The translations under genes were made by a program, and so were the position numbers. This document shows positions 37,583 through 47,707 of a stretch of DNA of 64,000 nt, piece after piece. The DNA is from a bacterium (GTDB taxonomy: Bacteria; Pseudomonadota; Alphaproteobacteria; Rickettsiales; RI-342). The notes under the pieces are model-generated. The model had not been told where the DNA came from and ran no database searches. It saw only the letters and a program-made list of their open reading frames with translations. The first letter of the stretch is position 1. Every line of letters begins with the position of its first letter. Location: NCBI GenBank assembly GCA_016124905.1, contig WGMV01000011.1:82673-146672 (forward strand), written 5' to 3'.

Positions 37583-38990
37583 AGACGGGCGAACCGCCAA
37601 GCGCCACAAACAATCCGGCCGTGTCCATATAGCGCTGGCTGATGGCGCGGCTAAGGCCCAGTTGCGCCTGCGCCAGCTGACGCTGCGCATCCTGTATCTG
37701 CAGCACGCCCGTATTGCCTGCCTCGTAGCTTTTGCGCGAAAGCGCAAGCGATGCCTTGGCCGTATCCAGCGCCTGCTGCTGTGCCGCGATGGCGGCAGCA
37801 TCATGGTCCAGCGCCGTCAGCGCGTCCGCCACCTGGCCGAACGCCGTCAGGATGGTTTGCTTATATTGCGCCAGCGCCTGCTGGTAGGCATGCTCGGCTG
37901 CGCGCTTTTCCGCACTCAACGTTCCTCCGCTGAAAAGCGGCGCGGTCAGCCCCGCCGCCAGCGACCAGGCATTGCTCACGCTCTTGAACAGGTCACCCGG
38001 CGTCAGAGCCTCCTGCATCGTTGAAGCCGACAATCGGATATTCGGATAAAGATTGGCCGTCGCCACGCCGACAGCCGCGCTGGCTGCATGCAGGTTGGCT
38101 TCCGCCGCGCGAATATCCGGCCGCCGGCGCACCAGCTCAGACGGCAGGCTTACCGGCAATTCGCTGGGAAGCGCAAACTGCGAAAGCGCAAATTCCGGCG
38201 GCGTCCAGTCCGCCGGGGCCTGGCCCGCCAGAATGGACAGGGCATGGCGTGCCACGCTCTGCCGTTGGCGCAGTGCTGGCAGCTCCGCCTGCGCATTGTC
38301 CAGCTGACTTTGCGTGGTCAGAATGCTCACCCTGGTTTCCGTACCGATCTCGAATGCCGCCTTTACCAGCTTCAGCGTTTTTTCATCCTCTTCGATGATG
38401 CGCTGGGTGGCGTCGATTTCAGCTTGCGCAGCGGCAATGGCCAGGGCCTGCGTCACCACATTCGCCGTCAGTTCCACATAAGCGGCACCCAGCTCATGCG
38501 CCTGATATTCCGCCATCGCCTGCTGACGCTCCACGCTGCGGCGCTTTCCGCCGAACAAATCCAGATCCCAGCTGAAGGCCGGCCCCGCTTCATAATAGGT
38601 GAAAGGTGGAATGGAAAAATTGGACGAACCAAACATCGCCACGCCGTATTTCTGTCGCCCGGCACTGGCATCCAGCCTGGCCTGAGGCAACAGCCCACCC
38701 TGCTCCGCCTTCACGGCCTCTTCGGCCTGTGCCATGGCTTCACGCGCTGCGGTAATGCTGTAATTCTCCTTCATCGCCCTGGCCATTACCTCATCCAGTT
38801 GCGGCGAGGCAAACAACGTCCACCACTCCGCCTGCACCTGCTTACCCATGGTCACATGCTGGTCCGCCGTCAGCAGGTCGGTCTCAACGGTGTAGCGCTC
38901 CGTTGCCGGAGCATCGGGCGCCTTGAAATCCGGCCCGACGGTACAAGCGCTTAGAAAGGCGGCAAGGCTTATGACAACAGCATGTTTCAT
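37566..38990 (-). CDS. efflux transporter outer-membrane factor lipoprotein, NodT family
   Basis: 474 aa. Lipobox AAFLSAC followed by TVGPDFKAPD. Two OEP repeats. Confidence 0.9.
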   Translation of the reverse strand: MKHAVVISLAAFLSACTVGPDFKAPDAPATERYTVETDLLTADQHVTMGKQVQAEWWTLFASPQLDEVMARAMKENYSITAAREAMAQAEEAVKAEQGGLLPQARLDASAGRQKYGVAMFGSSNFSIPPFTYYEAGPAFSWDLDLFGGKRRSVERQQAMAEYQAHELGAAYVELTANVVTQALAIAAAQAEIDATQRIIEEDEKTLKLVKAAFEIGTETRVSILTTQSQLDNAQAELPALRQRQSVARHALSILAGQAPADWTPPEFALSQFALPSELPVSLPSELVRRRPDIRAAEANLHAASAAVGVATANLYPNIRLSASTMQEALTPGDLFKSVSNAWSLAAGLTAPLFSGGTLSAEKRAAEHAYQQALAQYKQTILTAFGQVADALTALDHDAAAIAAQQQALDTAKASLALSRKSYEAGNTGVLQIQDAQRQLAQAQLGLSRAISQRYMDTAGLFVALGGSPVSSQTN

Positions 38991-38992
38991 AA

Positions 38993-40597
38993 CTACTCCA
39001 TCACGGCGGCATGCTGCGCATTCGGCTTGCGCGCGGGACGGCGCAGCAGCAGCAACAGGGGGATGACGGCAATGGTAATCACCATCATCAATTTAAAGTC
39101 GTTCAGATAGGCGATCATGGCCGCCTGCTTGGTGATCATGCCATCCAGCATGGCCATGCCCGCCCGGCTGCCGGTATCGATATGGTGGGCATCGAATGCC
39201 ATATCGCCCAGATTATAGGGCGTGATATGCTCCGCCATGTAGGCATGCATGCTCTGGGTCTTTTGCGTCAGCATGGTCTGCACCACGGAAATGCCGATGG
39301 CGCTGCCGATATTGCGCAACAGGTTAAAAAATGCCGTGCCCTCGTTGCGCAAATGCACGGGCAAGGTGCCGAATGCCAGCGTGGAAAGCGGCACATAGGA
39401 AAGCCCGATGCCAAACCCCTGCAGAATGCCGGAGCTTATCACCATCCGTTCATCCATCAGCAAATTGAAATGCGTCATCTGCCAAAGGGAGAATGCCGTG
39501 AGGCTGAGGCCGGTGGCCATCACCAGCCGCATATCCACCTTGCCGGTCAACCGTCCCACCAGGATCATGGCAATCATCGTGCCAGCCCCGCGCGGCGCGG
39601 TCACCAGCCCTGTCAGCACCACCGGATACCCCATTTCATGCTGCAGCATCGGCGGCAGCAGCGCGAGCGTGGCGAACAGCACCACCCCCACCACGAAAAT
39701 CAGCACATTCCCGGTCAGGAAATTGCGGTCGGCAAACAACTCGGGGCTGACGAACGGCTTTTGAAACGTCAGCATATGCACCACAAAAAGATAGAAGGCG
39801 ATGGAGGCCACCATGCATTCGATCACGATTTCCGGCGAGCTGAACCAGTCTTTCAGTTCGCCCCGGTCAAGCATCAGCTGCAACGCCCCCAGCGCCAGGC
39901 TCAAGGTGATGAAACCGAAAAAATCGAACCGGCTGATCTGCTTCTTCGTCTCCGGCATAGCGGCAGAAAGCCCAAGAAACGCCAGAATGCCAATGGGCAC
40001 ATTGATATAAAACACCCAGCGCCAGCTGTAATTCTCCGTCAGCCAGCCACCCAGCGCCGGGCCGAGGATGGGCCCCATCGTCACGCCCACGCCCCACATG
40101 GCCATGGCCTTGCCGTAATCCTCCGGCTTGTTGATATCAAACATCACCGCCTGCGAAAGTGGCACCAGCGCCGCGCCGGAGATTCCCTGCAACAGCCGGA
40201 ACAGCACAATCTCGCCAATGCTACCGGCCATACCGCACAGGGCGGAAGCCACGGTGAACCCCACCACGGAAATCAGGAACACCTTTTTACGGCCGAAGCG
40301 CCCCGCCAGCCAGCCCGTCATCGGAATCATGATGGCCGCGGCGATGATGTAGGAGGTCAGCACCCAGCTCATCTGGTCCTGCGTGGCCGAAAGCGTGCCT
40401 TGCATGCGCGGCAATGCCACATTGGCAATGGTGCTGTCGATGGCCTGCATCACGGTGGCCGCCATAACGGAGAAAGTGATGAGCCGGTGGTTCAGTTCAG
40501 GCATCTCCACCGGGCTGCGCGGCGGCTGCTTCGGAAGGGCGCCGATGCCCTCATCCTCCATCATCTGCTCGAGGGATTCCTCTGGTTTACCGGTCAT
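38993..40597 (-). CDS. emrB: DHA2-family MFS efflux permease (EmrB/QacA type)
   Basis: 534 aa with 14 hydrophobic segments. Shows MAATVMQAIDSTIANVALP, GWLAGRFGRKKVF and LLQGISGAAL. Confidence 0.9.
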   Translation of the reverse strand: MTGKPEESLEQMMEDEGIGALPKQPPRSPVEMPELNHRLITFSVMAATVMQAIDSTIANVALPRMQGTLSATQDQMSWVLTSYIIAAAIMIPMTGWLAGRFGRKKVFLISVVGFTVASALCGMAGSIGEIVLFRLLQGISGAALVPLSQAVMFDINKPEDYGKAMAMWGVGVTMGPILGPALGGWLTENYSWRWVFYINVPIGILAFLGLSAAMPETKKQISRFDFFGFITLSLALGALQLMLDRGELKDWFSSPEIVIECMVASIAFYLFVVHMLTFQKPFVSPELFADRNFLTGNVLIFVVGVVLFATLALLPPMLQHEMGYPVVLTGLVTAPRGAGTMIAMILVGRLTGKVDMRLVMATGLSLTAFSLWQMTHFNLLMDERMVISSGILQGFGIGLSYVPLSTLAFGTLPVHLRNEGTAFFNLLRNIGSAIGISVVQTMLTQKTQSMHAYMAEHITPYNLGDMAFDAHHIDTGSRAGMAMLDGMITKQAAMIAYLNDFKLMMVITIAVIPLLLLLRRPARKPNAQHAAVME

Positions 40598-41639
40598 GCC
40601 TGCCGCCCCCGAGACGCGAATATTCCGTATCCACCTCCACCTTGGCGCTCAGCCCGGCATGCAGCGCAACATCCCGGTTCACCTGATCCAGCCGGATGCG
40701 CACCGGCACGCGCTGCACCACCTTCACCCAGTTGCCGGTGGCATTCTCCGGCGGCAGAAGCGAAAAGCTCGACCCCGTTCCCGGGCTGGTGCTTTCCACC
40801 ACGCCCTTGAACTCCTTGCCCGCATAGCTGTCTATTTTCACCACGGCATGCTGGCCGGGGCGCATATGCACAAGCTCGGTCTCTTTGAAATTGGCCTCCA
40901 CCCACACATCGCTGTCCGACATCAGGGAAAAAAGCGGTTTGGCCGCATTGACGTAATTACCGGCCTGCAACTGCTCAACCTTGGCCACAATACCGTCCGA
41001 TGGCGCCGTCACCACCGTGTAGGAAAGATCGAGCTCGGCCCGGTCCAGCGCGGCCTGTGCCTGCTGCACCGTCGGGTGGTCATCCACGGCGATTTCCGGG
41101 GCGCCCCCCAATGCCGCCAATGCATTGGCCTGTTGCTGCTCGGCCGCGGCCAGTTCCTGCTGCGCATGGGTGAGGTCATGGCGCGCCTGGTCCAGTTGCG
41201 CCTTGGAAGAAATCCCCTGTTTGGCCAGCTTCTCCTGGCGGTTCAGTTCGCGCTGCTGGTAGGCTGCCGTGTCCTTCGCCGCCTGCGCGTTCGCCACGCG
41301 TTGAAGATAGGTTGCCTTCATGGCGCCCACATCCAGCTTGGCGCTGGCCAGCTTCGCCTGGGCATCCGCCACGGCAATGACAAATTCCCGGTCATCGAGC
41401 TTGAACAGAAGGTCGCCCTTTCTGACCTTCTGGTTGTCATGCACGGCAACCTCCACCACACGCGCGCTGATATTTGCGCTTACCTGGGTCGTTGCGGCCT
41501 GCACATAGGCATCGTCGGTGGAAATGTAACGCCCGCCGGTAAAATAGATCACGCCCGCAATCAGCAAAAACAACACGGGCCCGCCAATCAGCAATCCGCG
41601 GCGGTTACGCTTCAGCCAGTTGTTTTTGTCATTTTTCAT
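40587..41639 (-). CDS. emrA: HlyD-family membrane fusion protein (EmrA type)
   Basis: 350 aa. Has an N-terminal anchor, then ISTDDAYVQA, a coiled-coil region and GTGSSFSLLPPENATGNWVKVVQRVPVRI. 11-nt overlap with emrB. Confidence 0.9.
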   Translation of the reverse strand: MKNDKNNWLKRNRRGLLIGGPVLFLLIAGVIYFTGGRYISTDDAYVQAATTQVSANISARVVEVAVHDNQKVRKGDLLFKLDDREFVIAVADAQAKLASAKLDVGAMKATYLQRVANAQAAKDTAAYQQRELNRQEKLAKQGISSKAQLDQARHDLTHAQQELAAAEQQQANALAALGGAPEIAVDDHPTVQQAQAALDRAELDLSYTVVTAPSDGIVAKVEQLQAGNYVNAAKPLFSLMSDSDVWVEANFKETELVHMRPGQHAVVKIDSYAGKEFKGVVESTSPGTGSSFSLLPPENATGNWVKVVQRVPVRIRLDQVNRDVALHAGLSAKVEVDTEYSRLGGGRHDR

Positions 41640-41721
41640 GGCACAACTCGTCTACCTTAATGTTTCAGCCAGTGTAACCGCTTGCGGTTCCATTGATAAT
41701 ACCATATAATGCGCATGAACT

Positions 41722-41738
41722 ATTCGTCAGGAACGAAT
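41722..41738. promoter_or_regulatory. dyad ATTCGT-N5-ACGAAT containing a T-N11-A LysR-type motif, abutting the lysR start codon
   Basis: Read directly from the sequence: tATTCGTcaggaACGAATaATG. A second palindrome, AACCGC-TT-GCGGTT, lies about 45 nt upstream in the same emrA/lysR divergent region. Confidence 0.3.
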
Positions 41739-41739
41739 A

Positions 41740-42636
41740 ATGCGCGGCAGCGAATACGCCGAATTGGGCGCTTTTATCGCCATTGCGGACACGGGCGGCT
41801 TTGCCAAGGCATCCCGGCAACTGGGCATTGCCCCCTCAACCTTGAGCCAGACCATACGCTCGCTGGAAGACCGGCTCGGCATTCGCCTGTTTCACCGCAC
41901 CACACGCAGCGTCTCCCTGACCGAAGCGGGCGAACGCCTGCTGGGGCGCATTCGCCCTGCCTTTGCCGAGGTGCAAAGCGCTGTGGATTCCATCAGTTAC
42001 TTTCGTGATACCCCCACCGGCACCTTGCGCCTGAGCATCTCCACCATTCCCGCGCAAATGATCATCGCCCCCATGCTCAAGGGTTTCATGGAAGCCTATC
42101 CTGCCATTACCCTGGATATTGAAGTCAATAACAACATCCGTGACATTGTCTCGGGGCGGTTTGACGCGGGCATCCATTACGGCCGCCGCATCGCGCAGGA
42201 CATGGTGGTGGTTCGCGCCAGCCCCGAATCCCGCGTGATCGCCGTGGCCTCCCCGGCCTATCTCGCCACGCACGGCACGCCGCAAACCCCGCAAGATCTC
42301 CAGCGCCACGCCTGCATCCGCTTCCGCCGCGGAGATGAGTCGCAACCCATGCACTGGGAGTTTGAGCGGCATAAGAAGAAAGTGGAAATTGCCGTAGACG
42401 GCCCCCTTATCGTCAACGATGTGGGCCTGATGATGCAGGCCGCGCGCGATGGTCTGGGCATTGCCTACATGGTGGAGGCCTATATCCGCGAGGATATTGC
42501 CAGAGGTATTCTGGTGCCCCTGCTGCTGGACTGGTCATCCGCCCACCACAGCTATTATCTTTACTATGCCAGCCGCCACCAGTTGCCCGTGCCGCTCAAG
42601 CTTTTCAGCGAGTTTTTGAAGGCAGCGTCCTCATAA
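41740..42636 (+). CDS. LysR-family transcriptional regulator
   Basis: 298 aa. HTH region FIAIADTGGFAKASRQLGIAPSTLSQTIRSLEDRLGIRLFHRTTR plus a LysR substrate-binding domain. Divergent from the emrAB-OMF operon. Confidence 0.9.
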   Translation: MRGSEYAELGAFIAIADTGGFAKASRQLGIAPSTLSQTIRSLEDRLGIRLFHRTTRSVSLTEAGERLLGRIRPAFAEVQSAVDSISYFRDTPTGTLRLSISTIPAQMIIAPMLKGFMEAYPAITLDIEVNNNIRDIVSGRFDAGIHYGRRIAQDMVVVRASPESRVIAVASPAYLATHGTPQTPQDLQRHACIRFRRGDESQPMHWEFERHKKKVEIAVDGPLIVNDVGLMMQAARDGLGIAYMVEAYIREDIARGILVPLLLDWSSAHHSYYLYYASRHQLPVPLKLFSEFLKAASS

Positions 42637-42702
42637 AATCATTTATTAACATCTTTATGAAAACATTAAGGATAAACCGGAATAAAACAGGGAACCGGAT
42701 AA

Positions 42703-45264
42703 ATGTGCATTTTGTGTGGTAAAAACAACCATTATGGCCCGGGAAATCCATATTATAATCTAGTAAGCTCTGAAGGCACGGGGACCACGTCACCATCCAC
42801 CAGCACGCCCCCAGACCGTGACACAAACGACGGCAACTGGAGCAACAGCCCGCAATTTTCTCTGAGCGACGACATCGCCGCATTGCGGATGTACAGTAAC
42901 AAATGGACCGTCGGCATGCCTGGCGTCACCTCCTCCAGCGGCAAAATCAACATCACTTACAGTTTCGACGCCACTACCACCAACCAGGCCAATTACGACA
43001 CCGAAATCGCCGCGCATGGCCGCACGGTCATGACCGCCCAGCAGGAGGCCGCTGCCCGCTCCGTGCTCGCCCAGCTGGAAAGCATCATCAACGTTCATTT
43101 CGTGGAAACCGGCACCAACACCGCGGCCATGAAATTCTGGACCGGCGACCTGGATAATTACGGCTCACAGTGGGGCACCATCGGGGTTGCCTATTTCCCA
43201 AGCTCCAGCGGTACCGACATCACGATGGACAACGTGGCCGAACGCCGTACGGATTATGCCATCGGCAGCTTCAACTACGCGGTGATGACGCATGAAATCG
43301 GCCACGCCATGGGCCTCAGCCACCCCGGCAATGTGGGCGACAACCCCGCCTACACCATGGACGGCACCGTCATGTCCTACAATGGTGGCCAATATGCCAG
43401 CGAGGGCATTGTCAACGGCGCCTATCAGAACAGCGCTCCGCAGGGCTATCAGATTCTGGACATCGCCGCGCTGCAATCGGTCTATGGCGCCAATACCGCC
43501 TACCATTCCGGCAATGATTTCTACATTTTCGACGGCTCAATGTACAAAAAGACCATCTGGGACGGCGGTGGGGTGGACACGTATTCCGTTGCGCAGAACT
43601 ATGTCGGCAACGTCACCATCGACCTGCGCGCCGGTCTCGATAACCGTACTCACCTTGGCCAGACGGACGTATGGACCGCTTACAACGCCAACATCGAAAA
43701 CGCCGTCACGCGTGAAGGCAATGATACGGTTCAGGGCAATGACCTGGCCAACAACATCAACACCAACGGCGGCGATGACGTCATCAACGGCTATGCCGGA
43801 AACGACACGCTCTACGGCGCGGCGGGCAACGACACAATCGACGGCGGCACCAATGCCGACGTGATCTATGGCGACAACCTCGCCGCCACCATCGGCGGCG
43901 CCGACAGCCTGATGGGCAACACGGGCGACGACACCATATACGGCCATATCGGAAACGACACCATCAACGGCAGCGATGGCAACGACTGGCTTGACGGCGG
44001 CGTGGATAACGACCTGCTCTACGGCGGCATCGGCAACGATTCGCTGCGCGGCGCGGCCGGTACCGACACCATCTGGGGCGGCGATGGCAACGACACCATC
44101 GTAGGTGACTTTGCCAGCGACACCGTCCTCGGCCATGATCTGATGTATGGCGAAGGCGGCATCGACATTATCTACGGCTATATCGGTGACGACACGGCCT
44201 TCGGCGGCGACGGCAACGACATCATCTATGGCGGTGTCGGCAATGACAGCCTCTCCGGCGATGCCGGTAACGACAACCTGCAAGGCGAGGCCGGCGACGA
44301 CTGGATCGACGGCGGCATCGGCGCCGACAGCATCTATGGCGGTCTCGGTGCGGATACCCTCCTTGGTGGCGCCGATAACGACTACATCATGGGTGAGCTA
44401 AATAACGACACCACCCCCGGCAATGATTCCATCGACGGCGGCGACGGCAACGACCGCATCTTCGGCCTAGTAGGAGATGATACCCTCCTCGGTGGCCTTG
44501 GCAACGATTCCATCGAAGGCGGTCTCGGCAACGATTCCATCGACGGCGGCGACGGCGCCGACAGCCTCTATGGCGGCCTTGGCCAGGACACGCTCATCGG
44601 CGGCAATGGCGACGACATTCTGCTGGGCGAACTCGGCACCGACCTTACGGGCGGCAACGATTCCATCATGGGTGGCGACGGCAACGACCGTCTCTACGGC
44701 CTGCGCGGGGACGACATCCTGAACGGCGGCCTCGGCAATGACTGGCTCGAAGGCGGCCTCGGCAACGACCTGATGTATGGCGGCGACGGCATCGACACGC
44801 TGATCGGCGGTCAGGGTTCCGACACCATTTATGGCGAAAACGGCAACGACATTCTCTACGGCGAAGCCACTAACGACGTTGCCGGCAGCGCCGATTACCT
44901 CGTCGGTGGCGACGGACACGACACCATCTGGGGTTATTATGGCAACGACACGCTCGTAGGCGGCCTGGGTGTGGACATGCTGATCGGCGGCCAGGGTAAC
45001 GACGTGTTCCTGTTCAACAACATCAATTTCTCCAAAGTCGGCTCCACCGACACCATTAAGGATTTCATCGTCGGCCAGGACCATATCGACCTCACCGGGC
45101 TGGGCTATACCGGCATTTCAACGGCCGCCGCCGTAGGCACCCTGCTGAACTATGTCTATAACGCCGCCTTCAACCTCACCATCATCACCGATGGCCCAGG
45201 CACCGATTTTGCCCTCTACCTCACCGGCAACATTGCGCTGCATAACAGCGATTTCTATTTCTAG
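42703..45264 (+). CDS. serralysin-family (M10B) zinc metalloprotease with a long C-terminal RTX region
   Basis: 853 aa. Shows HEIGHAMGLSH, Met-turn GTVMSYN and extensive GGxGxD repeats. The C-terminus is ...LHNSDFYF. The protease domain is roughly 80% identical at nucleotide level (by eye) to 32.4-33.3 kb. Confidence 0.85.
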   Translation: MCILCGKNNHYGPGNPYYNLVSSEGTGTTSPSTSTPPDRDTNDGNWSNSPQFSLSDDIAALRMYSNKWTVGMPGVTSSSGKINITYSFDATTTNQANYDTEIAAHGRTVMTAQQEAAARSVLAQLESIINVHFVETGTNTAAMKFWTGDLDNYGSQWGTIGVAYFPSSSGTDITMDNVAERRTDYAIGSFNYAVMTHEIGHAMGLSHPGNVGDNPAYTMDGTVMSYNGGQYASEGIVNGAYQNSAPQGYQILDIAALQSVYGANTAYHSGNDFYIFDGSMYKKTIWDGGGVDTYSVAQNYVGNVTIDLRAGLDNRTHLGQTDVWTAYNANIENAVTREGNDTVQGNDLANNINTNGGDDVINGYAGNDTLYGAAGNDTIDGGTNADVIYGDNLAATIGGADSLMGNTGDDTIYGHIGNDTINGSDGNDWLDGGVDNDLLYGGIGNDSLRGAAGTDTIWGGDGNDTIVGDFASDTVLGHDLMYGEGGIDIIYGYIGDDTAFGGDGNDIIYGGVGNDSLSGDAGNDNLQGEAGDDWIDGGIGADSIYGGLGADTLLGGADNDYIMGELNNDTTPGNDSIDGGDGNDRIFGLVGDDTLLGGLGNDSIEGGLGNDSIDGGDGADSLYGGLGQDTLIGGNGDDILLGELGTDLTGGNDSIMGGDGNDRLYGLRGDDILNGGLGNDWLEGGLGNDLMYGGDGIDTLIGGQGSDTIYGENGNDILYGEATNDVAGSADYLVGGDGHDTIWGYYGNDTLVGGLGVDMLIGGQGNDVFLFNNINFSKVGSTDTIKDFIVGQDHIDLTGLGYTGISTAAAVGTLLNYVYNAAFNLTIITDGPGTDFALYLTGNIALHNSDFYF

Positions 45265-45269
45265 ACCGC

Positions 45270-47048
45270 CTAACGCAGCGGCCAGAAATGCATGATCAGC
45301 GGCACCCCCGCCAGCACCACCAGGATGCTGAGCGGCAGCCCGAGCCGCCAGTAATCATTGAACTTATATCCCCCCGGTCCCATCACCAGCGTGTTGGACT
45401 GGTGCCCGATCGGCGTTAGGAAGTCGCATGAAGTGCCAAGCGCCACCGCCATCAAAAACGGATCGGGCTGCAGCCCAAGCTTATGGGCCAGCGTTACGGC
45501 AATGGGCGCCATCAGCAATACGGTTGCGGCATTGTTCAAAAACGGCGTGATCAGCATGGAGGCCACCAGAATCACCGTCAGCATCATCGGCGCGGAGAGC
45601 CCACCCGTGATGGCGGCAATGGCCCCGGCGATGATCTCCGTCCCGCCGGTGGATTGCAGCGCCGCCGTCACCGGTATCATGGCGCCAAGCAATATCAGCA
45701 CCGGCCCGTCAATGGCCGCATACATCTCATTCGGCCGCATGATGCGCAGCAGTGCGATCAGCAGCACGCCTCCCAGAAACGCAATGGAGATCGGCACAAC
45801 ATTCATGATCGTCAATGCCACCGCCGCCGCCAGAATCGCAACGGGCATGAAGGTCTGCCGCTGCCTTCCCAGTTGCAGGCTGCGCTCCGCCAGCGGCAGA
45901 CAGCCCAGTTCGCTCAGGGTCTCGGGCATCGCATCCAGGTTGCCCTGCAGCACCAGCACATCGCCCTTGCGAAAGCGCACCTCGTTCAGCCGGTGCTTCA
46001 GGCTGGTGCCCGCCTGGCGCATGGCCAGCAGGTTGACGCCGAAGCGGGAGCGCAGCCTCGCCCGTTTCGCATTCATGCCGATAAGCTCTGAATCCTCCCG
46101 GATTACCGCCTCGGCAATCCCCACCTCGTCGGAAGTGACGGAAAGCGTCTCCGTCTCTTCGCTTCCCACCAGTTCCGTGCCGGATTTATCCATGAAGCCC
46201 TTCAGCGCCACCGTGTCGCCTTCCACCAGCAGCACATCCCCCTCGGCAATCTTCATGCGAAAGGAAGGAACCAGCCGTTTATAGCTATTGCGGATCAACC
46301 CGACGATGGAGACTTCCTCCTCCACCATGGCTTCCGCCTCCTGCACGGTCTGGCCGATGATGGCGGCTTTTTCCGGCACCGCCAGCTCGCTCACATAATC
46401 CTGAATGGCGAACTGGTCTTCGGCGGAGGGCTTGCCGCGCCGGTCCTTGGGCAGCAGCCGCCAGCCGAAACTGAGATAGATCAGCGAAAGTGCACAAATG
46501 CCAAGCCCGACCGGCGCGAAATCGAACATATGGTAAGGCGCGCCGACCATCTCTGCCCGGATGCGTGAAATCAGCAGATTAGGCGGTGTGCCGATGAGTG
46601 TCACCAGCCCGCCAAGCAGCGAGCCGAACGAAAGCGGCATCAGCAATTCAGACGGCTTTCTATCCACCTTGCGGGCAAAGCTGATGGCAATGGGCAGAAA
46701 CACCGCCAGCGCCCCCACATTGTTCATGAAGGCCGAAAGCACCATCACCATCAGCACCAGCACGGTGATTTGCAAGGACGGCTTTTCCGCAAAGCGCGAA
46801 AGCAATGAAAGCGCGTAATCGATAAAGCCCGACCGGCTGATGGCCGCGCTGATCACCAGAATGGCCGCCACCGTCACCACCACCGGATCGCTGAACCCAC
46901 TGAAAGCCTCTTTTACGGGCACCACGCCCGTCACCACGCTGAGGAACAGCGCCAGCAATGCTACGATGTCATACCGCCACTTGTCCCAAATGAACAAGAT
47001 GATCGCCAGTCCGATTATCCCGAAAACAATCATCTGCTCGGTGGTCAT
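45270..47048 (-). CDS. SLC13/DASS-family anion permease with central TrkA-C (RCK_C) domains
   Basis: 592 aa from MTTEQMIVFGIIGLAIILFIWDKWRYDIVAL. Two soluble RCK_C-like inserts (..GQTVQEAE..VSIVGLIR.., ..GMNAKRARLRSRFGVNLLAMRQ..) sit between the membrane halves. Confidence 0.85.
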   Translation of the reverse strand: MTTEQMIVFGIIGLAIILFIWDKWRYDIVALLALFLSVVTGVVPVKEAFSGFSDPVVVTVAAILVISAAISRSGFIDYALSLLSRFAEKPSLQITVLVLMVMVLSAFMNNVGALAVFLPIAISFARKVDRKPSELLMPLSFGSLLGGLVTLIGTPPNLLISRIRAEMVGAPYHMFDFAPVGLGICALSLIYLSFGWRLLPKDRRGKPSAEDQFAIQDYVSELAVPEKAAIIGQTVQEAEAMVEEEVSIVGLIRNSYKRLVPSFRMKIAEGDVLLVEGDTVALKGFMDKSGTELVGSEETETLSVTSDEVGIAEAVIREDSELIGMNAKRARLRSRFGVNLLAMRQAGTSLKHRLNEVRFRKGDVLVLQGNLDAMPETLSELGCLPLAERSLQLGRQRQTFMPVAILAAAVALTIMNVVPISIAFLGGVLLIALLRIMRPNEMYAAIDGPVLILLGAMIPVTAALQSTGGTEIIAGAIAAITGGLSAPMMLTVILVASMLITPFLNNAATVLLMAPIAVTLAHKLGLQPDPFLMAVALGTSCDFLTPIGHQSNTLVMGPGGYKFNDYWRLGLPLSILVVLAGVPLIMHFWPLR

Positions 47049-47136
47049 AAGAGTCTGCGCCCTTTTCCAATGGTTTATGCAACCAAGCGGATACAGAGGC
47101 GCACATAAGCGGGCAATGTGTTTGGATAAACGGCCT

Positions 47137-47700
47137 TCAGCCCCTGGCCTTGAAGCACCCGGCCATATGGTCATCCACCATGCCGATGGCCTGCATATAG
47201 GCATAGATGATGGTGGAGCCGACAAAGCTCATCCCGCGTTTCTTGAGGTCCTTGGAAATCGCGTCGGATTCCGCCGTGCGGGTGGGCACCTCTTTCATGC
47301 TTTGCGGCCGGTTCACCTTTGTCTTACCGCTGACAAACCGCCACAGATAGGCATCGAATGAGCCGAACTCCTGTTGAATTTCCAGAAACACCCGCGCATT
47401 CTTCCGTGTGGAAAACACCTTCAGCCGGTTGCGGATAATATCCCCCGTCGCCAGCACCTCCTCCAGCTCCGCATCCGTCATCGCCGCCACCTTCGCCACG
47501 TCAAACCCTTTAAACGCCGCGCGATACCCTTCCCTCCGCTTCAGGATCGTATACCAGCTCAACCCCGCCTGCGCCCCTTCGAGGATCAGCATCTCAAACA
47601 GCACCCGGTCGTCATGCACCGGCACGCCCCATTCCGTATCGTGATAATGGGCATAATCCTCCTTGCCTTGCGGCAACCAGGCGCAGCGGGTTTTGGTCAT
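47137..47700 (-). CDS. tag: DNA-3-methyladenine glycosylase I
   Basis: 187 aa. Shows RCAWL..YHDTEWGVPVHDDRVLFEMLILEGAQAGLSW and YAYMQAIGMVDDH. Confidence 0.95.
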   Translation of the reverse strand: MTKTRCAWLPQGKEDYAHYHDTEWGVPVHDDRVLFEMLILEGAQAGLSWYTILKRREGYRAAFKGFDVAKVAAMTDAELEEVLATGDIIRNRLKVFSTRKNARVFLEIQQEFGSFDAYLWRFVSGKTKVNRPQSMKEVPTRTAESDAISKDLKKRGMSFVGSTIIYAYMQAIGMVDDHMAGCFKARG

Positions 47701-47707
47701 ATAGCGC

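Noticed and set aside
40587-41639. The HlyD-family gene as the missing type I secretion component for the three RTX proteins.
   Set aside because: It is translationally coupled to a 14-TM DHA2 MFS permease and a NodT lipoprotein, which is the EmrAB-OMF drug-efflux architecture. No ABC exporter is present.
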